Assembly: GCA_016209895.1 (NCBI GenBank)
Contig: JACQVH010000157.1
Coordinates: forward strand, 4,206-68,205
Direction of reading: 5' to 3'
DNA from: Candidatus Hydrogenedentota bacterium
GTDB lineage: Bacteria; Hydrogenedentota; Hydrogenedentia; Hydrogenedentales; SLHB01
Length of the DNA stretch: 64,000 bases
Shown here: positions 59,364-64,000 of the stretch, piece after piece
Layout: the number at the start of each line of letters is the position of its first letter
Position numbering within the stretch: position 1 is the stretch's first letter
The notes under the pieces: model-generated
Told to the model about the DNA's origin: nothing
What the model saw: the letters and a program-made list of their open reading frames with translations, nothing else
Databases searched by the model: none
Made by a program: the position numbers and the translations under genes

Positions 59364-60049
59364 AACCACTTTTCACTTTGGTCCTCCTATGCGTGCTACT
59401 GAGCGCATGTGCAACCTCGCCTTCCGGGCATCCTACATCATTCAGGCTTCGTCCGGGGGACCTCCTCTTCCAAGACCTGGACGGCAGTCCGCTGTGCGAT
59501 GCGATCGAGACCGTAACTCACGGGGTGAACGGAGCCAAGTTCTCCCATGTGGGAGTCGTCTGTGAAGTAACGCGTGACGAGGTCAAAATAATCGAGGCCG
59601 TATCACGCGGCGTCGTCGAAACGAACCTGGACGAGTTCTTGGGTCGCAGTAGGGACGACGCGGGCCGACCCAAGGTTTTGGTCGGAAGACTCAAGCCGGA
59701 ATACCGGCGTTACATCCCCGAAGCCCTCGACGCCGCGCGTAAGTTCCTGGGAAAGCCGTACGACTCCGTGTACGTCATGGGCAATGGGTCACTTTATTGC
59801 TCGGAACTGGTCTACGAGGCCTTCCACGCCGTGGCGCCGAAGACCTCGATGTTCGAAATCACACCCATGACTTTCAAGGACCCCTTCACGCGGCAGACCT
59901 TCCCCGCCTGGACCGAGTACTACTCCATTTTGGGTCTTTCTATTCCCGAAGGCGAACCCGGTCTTAATCCCGGCAGCATTTCCCGTTCTTCCGCAATCAC
60001 CATCGTGCACGCCTACGGTCGCCCCACCGGCTGGCGCGGCCCTGATTAG
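59345..60049 (+). CDS. YiiX/YebB-like permuted NlpC/P60 cysteine hydrolase, lipoprotein
   Basis: Lipobox LLSAC, GDLLFQ, FSHVGV, IIEA, GKPYD, LYCSELV. Start placed tentatively at GTG 59345; the frame is open from 59249. Confidence 0.82.
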   Translation: MTRNRNEPLFTLVLLCVLLSACATSPSGHPTSFRLRPGDLLFQDLDGSPLCDAIETVTHGVNGAKFSHVGVVCEVTRDEVKIIEAVSRGVVETNLDEFLGRSRDDAGRPKVLVGRLKPEYRRYIPEALDAARKFLGKPYDSVYVMGNGSLYCSELVYEAFHAVAPKTSMFEITPMTFKDPFTRQTFPAWTEYYSILGLSIPEGEPGLNPGSISRSSAITIVHAYGRPTGWRGPD

Positions 60050-60160
60050 TCCCTGGTCCCTGGTCCCTGGTCTCTGCTTCTCGGTTTCCAGTTTCCGGTT
60101 TCCAGTTTAAGATTGCTCGGAACTCGGTACTTGAAAGTCGGTACTCGTTGCTCATTGCTT
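60049..60160. repeat. In-register array of 16 drifting heptamers
   Basis: GTCCCTG x3, GTCTCTG, CTTCTCG, GTTTCCA, GTTTCCG, GTTTCCA, GTTTAAG, ATTGCTC, GGAACTC, GGTACTT, GAAAGTC, GGTACTC, GTTGCTC, ATTGCTT. Confidence 0.8.
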
Positions 60161-60163
60161 GGG

Positions 60164-60194
60164 TTGACAGCCCCCCGCCGCCGGATGCTAGAGT
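60164..60194 (+). promoter_or_regulatory. Putative promoter of the TMK-TMK-CHAD operon
   Basis: TTGACA (60164-69) and extended -10 TGcTAGAGT (60186-94); the 19-nt spacer is long. Confidence 0.4.
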
Positions 60195-60265
60195 AGACAG
60201 TTTCCAGGGTCTCCGATGTCGCCTCTTCGGTGGCAGGATCCCCTTTTGTGCGCAGGAGCAGAGTT

Positions 60266-61033
60266 ATGGCGGGGCTGCACGAGACACACAGCTATCCAGG
60301 CATGTTGATCGTCGTCGAAGGCATTGACGGCTCCGGCAAGTCTACGCAACTCGACCTGATTCGGTCATGGCTGATCCAGGAAGGCTATGACGTCTTCTTT
60401 ACGGAATGGAACTCGTCCAAACTGGTCAAGGAGACAACCAAACTTGGCAAGAAGCGCCAAATTCTTACTCCAACCACTTTTTGTCTTATTCATTGCACCG
60501 ATTTCTCGGACCGGCTTCAGAGGACAATCATTCCTCCGCTTCAGGCCGGGCAGATCGTTCTGGCCGACCGTTACGTATACACGGCGTTCGGTCGTGACGC
60601 CGTCCGTGGGGTAGACCGGCAGTGGCTTCGAGACCTCTACCATTTCGCGGTACGACCCGATATCGCCTTCTATTTCTCGGTGCCGCTCGAGATCGCCATC
60701 CAGCGTATCTTCCGGGGACGCGCCGCGCTCAAATACTACGAGGCTGGGTTGGACCTCGGCCTGAGTCGGGACCCGGCGGACAGTTTTCGAAAATTCCAAA
60801 CCCGGATCGTCGAAGAGTACGAACGGTTGGTGGATGAATACGGCCTCGTGGCAGTGCATGGCGATCATCCCATCGAGAAGCAACAGCGCCGCATTCGAAA
60901 GATCGTCATGGAGCACATCAATCGCAAAAAGATGAAGTCCAACGAGGATAGAAAGCATGAAGGCCAGATTCTATGGGGCGGGTATCCCCTCACACCTGAA
61001 CACCGAGTTACAGGGGCGCCTGATCGTCCTTGA
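60266..61033 (+). CDS. tmk: Thymidylate-kinase-like protein 1
   Basis: VVEGIDGSGKSTQ P-loop, LADRYVYT, RPDIAFYF; AGGAG SD before ATG 60266. Confidence 0.88.
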   Translation: MAGLHETHSYPGMLIVVEGIDGSGKSTQLDLIRSWLIQEGYDVFFTEWNSSKLVKETTKLGKKRQILTPTTFCLIHCTDFSDRLQRTIIPPLQAGQIVLADRYVYTAFGRDAVRGVDRQWLRDLYHFAVRPDIAFYFSVPLEIAIQRIFRGRAALKYYEAGLDLGLSRDPADSFRKFQTRIVEEYERLVDEYGLVAVHGDHPIEKQQRRIRKIVMEHINRKKMKSNEDRKHEGQILWGGYPLTPEHRVTGAPDRP

Positions 61034-61700
61034 GGGGCCGGATTGCGTCGGTCGCACCACGCAAATCCGTCTACTACAGGATTGGCTCGAAAACCTCGGT
61101 TACGGTGTGGTGATCACCTCGCTATGTCGTTCCGAGTTGGCGGAAGAAGGGCTTACCAAGGCCAAGAAAGGCAATATCATCGGGCGCCAGACCCTCGCCC
61201 TGTTTTACGCCACGGACTTCGCGGACCGGCTCGAACGGGTGATCTTGCCCGCACTCGAAGGCGGCTTCATCGTGCTCTCCGACCGGTATACGTATACGAT
61301 CTTCGCCCGATATGCCGTGCGTGGCATTAGCCGATCCTGGCTGCGTAAGGCCTATGGCTTCGCGCTCATCCCACACCTGGCGCTTTACCTGGACGTGGAC
61401 CTGGACAGCCTCGTCCGCCGAGCCCTCAAAGCGGAAAAACTCGGGTTCTGGGAGTGCGGCATGGACTTGAGCCTCTCCAGCAACCTTTACGAGAGTTTTC
61501 TACTCTATCAGAAGCAAATGCTTCGAGAATTCAAGAAGATCGTCAAAGAGTACAATCTCGTCAGCGTCAGCTCGCTCGGGTCGGTCCCGGAAGTCCAGGA
61601 CCGTCTCCGCAAGAAAGTCCGCGCGTTGCTCGATGTCAAGGACACGGAGATGGACGCGCGAGAGTCCCAGGAGCCTATCGTCGAGGGGGCCTCCGATTAA
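60957..61700 (+). CDS. Thymidylate-kinase-like protein 2 (variant P-loop)
   Basis: VLEGPDCVGRTTQ (Lys to Arg), YATDFADRLE, LSDRYTYT; clear paralogue of the upstream gene. Confidence 0.88.
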   Translation: MKARFYGAGIPSHLNTELQGRLIVLEGPDCVGRTTQIRLLQDWLENLGYGVVITSLCRSELAEEGLTKAKKGNIIGRQTLALFYATDFADRLERVILPALEGGFIVLSDRYTYTIFARYAVRGISRSWLRKAYGFALIPHLALYLDVDLDSLVRRALKAEKLGFWECGMDLSLSSNLYESFLLYQKQMLREFKKIVKEYNLVSVSSLGSVPEVQDRLRKKVRALLDVKDTEMDARESQEPIVEGASD

Positions 61701-61703
61701 CCC

Positions 61704-62654
61704 ATGAACATGACAATGGATGCCGAAGCGCCCTGCACGCTGGCGGAAGAGTCCGCCTCGCGCCTACTCAAGATGCAAGTGCGCGCCATGCGGAAGCATC
61801 TGAAAACGGCGCGCACGCAGGACCTAGATGGCATCCACGACCTGCGGGTGGCTTCACGCCGACTGCGAGCGGTGCTGACCGAACATGCCGCGCTGTTTGA
61901 GAAGGCCGCTTTGAAACGATTTCAGCGTCGGACCCGGAGGCTTACGAATGCGTTGGGTAAGCCGCGCGAATTGGACTCGTTGCTGGTATTGCTCGAGAAG
62001 CTTCGCGACGGAGCGCGGGGCACGATGCGCGAAGCAATCCTATACGTCACCGGCTGGCTGAAGGCGCATCGGGATGCTGAGGCCGACCACGTTGCCGAGG
62101 GAGTCAAGTTGGTCGAATCGCCCAAGTTCGACAAATCTCTCATGGCGTTATTCGAAAGCCTGAACGCGGACAATGCCTGTTACATCGAAACGGCAGCGAG
62201 CAACCTCGACGAGCAGTTCCGGAATCTCGCGCTGCGGTTCGACCTGTGGCAAGGCAGTCACGCCGAAGAAGCGCTCCATAAGGTTCGGGTCCAACTCAAA
62301 AAATTGCGGTACTCCTGCGAAATATACGAACCGCTGTACGGCGCCGAGATGAAAGACTTCCTTGCGATGCTCCGGGAGGCGCAGGAGCATCTTGGCAATT
62401 GGAATGACTGTCGCGTGTTGCGTGGCTATCTGCAACAGGCCGCAGAAGGTGCGCCTGAAAAAGCTAAGAAGGGCATACCTAAAGTCTTGGCATCGTTGGA
62501 CCAGGCCAACGGGCAGCATTTGGAGAAGTTCAATGCGCAGGCCGCAACGCTCTTCGCCCCGGACCGGGTCGCAGATTTTCTCGCTTCGTTTAAGAGCATC
62601 AAACGCGTTTGCTGTCGAAAATCAGCGAAGGAAGACACGCCCGCGGAAGGCTGA
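61704..62654 (+). CDS. CHAD-domain protein (polyphosphate-binding)
   Basis: GIHDLRVASRRLRAVL, LGKPRELD, LHKVRVQLKKLRYSCE, QEHLGNWND. Confidence 0.92.
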   Translation: MNMTMDAEAPCTLAEESASRLLKMQVRAMRKHLKTARTQDLDGIHDLRVASRRLRAVLTEHAALFEKAALKRFQRRTRRLTNALGKPRELDSLLVLLEKLRDGARGTMREAILYVTGWLKAHRDAEADHVAEGVKLVESPKFDKSLMALFESLNADNACYIETAASNLDEQFRNLALRFDLWQGSHAEEALHKVRVQLKKLRYSCEIYEPLYGAEMKDFLAMLREAQEHLGNWNDCRVLRGYLQQAAEGAPEKAKKGIPKVLASLDQANGQHLEKFNAQAATLFAPDRVADFLASFKSIKRVCCRKSAKEDTPAEG

Positions 62655-62714
62655 GGGCTTTGTCATCCCTCGCCGGGCTCCATCGGGCAGTCTGTCATTC
62701 GGAGGACTACCAGC

Positions 62715-63548
62715 GTGATGATTCTAGTTGGCCCGACCTTGACGCTTGCCGCCGCAGAAACGATCCTGACCGTCATGTCATTCAACATCCGCTATGGCAC
62801 CGCGCCCGACGGCGACAACGACTGGGAACACCGGAAAACCATCGTCGTCGAGATGCTTCGCGCCTACGGACCCGACGTCATCGGGACCCAGGAATGCCTG
62901 GAGTTTCAGACAGAGTATCTGGTTCAGCAGTTGCCGGAATACCGCTGGTTCGGCGTGGGCCGCAACGCCGACGGCGGCGACGAACACGCGGCCGTCCTTT
63001 ACAAGAAATCAGTCCTGAGTCCCCTCGAAACGGGCAACTTCTGGCTCTCCGAGACCCCCCATGTTCCCGGCACGAAGTCCTGGGGTTCGCACCACAACCG
63101 GATGGTGACTTGGGCTCGCTTCCGCCATCTGCAAACCGGCGAAACGTTTCATTGCTTCAACACGCACTTGGACAACGGGAGCGAACCGGCGCGCCAGAAC
63201 GGGGCCCGAATTCTGGCCGACTGGGTGCAACGGCTGCCACGCGACCTACCCCTTGTACTTACCGGAGACTTCAACGCGCCGGCGGAAGCCAGCGTTTCCT
63301 GGAACATCCTGACTGGCCAAGGATTGGCCGACGCCTGGCTGGTGGCCAAAGAGCGCGTGGGACCGGAAATCACTTTCGGCGGGTTCAAAGCACCCGAACG
63401 CACCGAAAAAGACCGCATTGACTGGGTTTTGGTACGCGGAGGGGTGATGGTGGAACGCTGTGAAACGAGTCTGTTTCAAATGAACGGGCGCTTTCCGTCC
63501 GACCACTATCCGGTCGTGGCCAAGCTGGTCTTGCATTCGCATGAATAG
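62715..63548 (+). CDS. Endonuclease/exonuclease/phosphatase (EEP) family protein
   Basis: MSFNIRY, DVIGTQE, NTHLD, TGDFN, RIDWV, PSDHYPV. Confidence 0.92.
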   Translation: MMILVGPTLTLAAAETILTVMSFNIRYGTAPDGDNDWEHRKTIVVEMLRAYGPDVIGTQECLEFQTEYLVQQLPEYRWFGVGRNADGGDEHAAVLYKKSVLSPLETGNFWLSETPHVPGTKSWGSHHNRMVTWARFRHLQTGETFHCFNTHLDNGSEPARQNGARILADWVQRLPRDLPLVLTGDFNAPAEASVSWNILTGQGLADAWLVAKERVGPEITFGGFKAPERTEKDRIDWVLVRGGVMVERCETSLFQMNGRFPSDHYPVVAKLVLHSHE

Positions 63549-63566
63549 GAAACGCAGGGAGGTAAC

Positions 63567-64000
63567 ATGGTGCGAAAAGAGATCGTAGTGGAACTGAGTG
63601 TGTTCTTCCTGATTTTCGCGTCGGCTTCCGCCGAGTTTCCGCTCGACGCCGGGCGGTTTGGCGTGGCTGGGGACGGGAAGACCGACATTACCGCGAGCCT
63701 GCAGCAAGCCCTGAACGCGTGCAAGGACCAGGGAGGAGGAGGCGTCCAGCTTGCCCAAGGCACCTTTATTGTTCGAGGCCATTTGCTTATCCCCGACAAC
63801 GTCACCTTGGCCGGCGTATTCACTGCACCCACCGCATGGACGGAAGGCAAAGGCACGTCGCTCTATGCCTACGAGGGCCACGGCAGCGAGGAGGGCACGC
63901 CGTTTATCACTTTGGGCGCCAACGCCGTACTGAAAGGCCTCACCATCTACTATCCGGAACAGACTGGCGACACCGTTGTGCCCTATCCTTGGTGCATTGC
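63567..64000 (+). CDS. Secreted pectate-lyase-3/GH28-like beta-helix protein (runs off the window end)
   Basis: GGAGG SD, ATG 63567; MVRKEIVVELSVFFLIFASASAEFPLDAGRFGVAGDGKTDITASLQQAL..GGGV; no stop before 64000. Confidence 0.8.
   Translation, partial: MVRKEIVVELSVFFLIFASASAEFPLDAGRFGVAGDGKTDITASLQQALNACKDQGGGGVQLAQGTFIVRGHLLIPDNVTLAGVFTAPTAWTEGKGTSLYAYEGHGSEEGTPFITLGANAVLKGLTIYYPEQTGDTVVPYPWCI

Noticed and set aside
62609-63421. 270-aa plus-strand ORF overlapping the EEP gene
   Set aside because: Arg-rich alternate frame of a gene with clear catalytic motifs.

Overview
GC-rich (roughly 60% by eye) bacterial chromosome segment with about 57 CDSs. I found no rRNA, tRNA, CRISPR array, integrase or transposase. 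The gene content (many secreted glycoside-hydrolase-like proteins, four PhyH dioxygenases, ECF and two-component modules) resembles Candidatus Hydrogenedentes or similar lineages; this is inference only. Left to right: PhyH; a chimeric Clp-fold protease remnant; dCMP deaminase; solA-like oxidase, beta-propeller hydrolase and AGE epimerase; putA; two sensor kinases; a HEAT-repeat/HD-GYP pair; a purple-acid-phosphatase-like gene and three tandem PhyH; VWA-SIMPL-HK-RR; AbrB/VapC; a Mo-oxidoreductase; divergent RRM and DEAD-box helicase genes; Phd with a RelE remnant; MNT-HepT; an ECF locus; GH-like and envelope genes; a glutaminyl-cyclase-like M28 operon; PilZ; GH2; and a putative polyphosphate/nucleotide module (Ppx-type HD, two tandem thymidylate-kinase-like genes, CHAD, EEP). 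The best leads are (1) the HD/TMK-TMK/CHAD module, interrupted by a lipoprotein gene flanked by three different short-period repeat arrays, (2) a long 5'UTR hairpin that buries the SD and AUG of the DEAD-box helicase, (3) an unnamed N-terminal domain shared by the HEAT and HD-GYP proteins, and (4) a possible glutaminyl-cyclase 'Q-rule'. All family calls come from motif recognition, not database searches.
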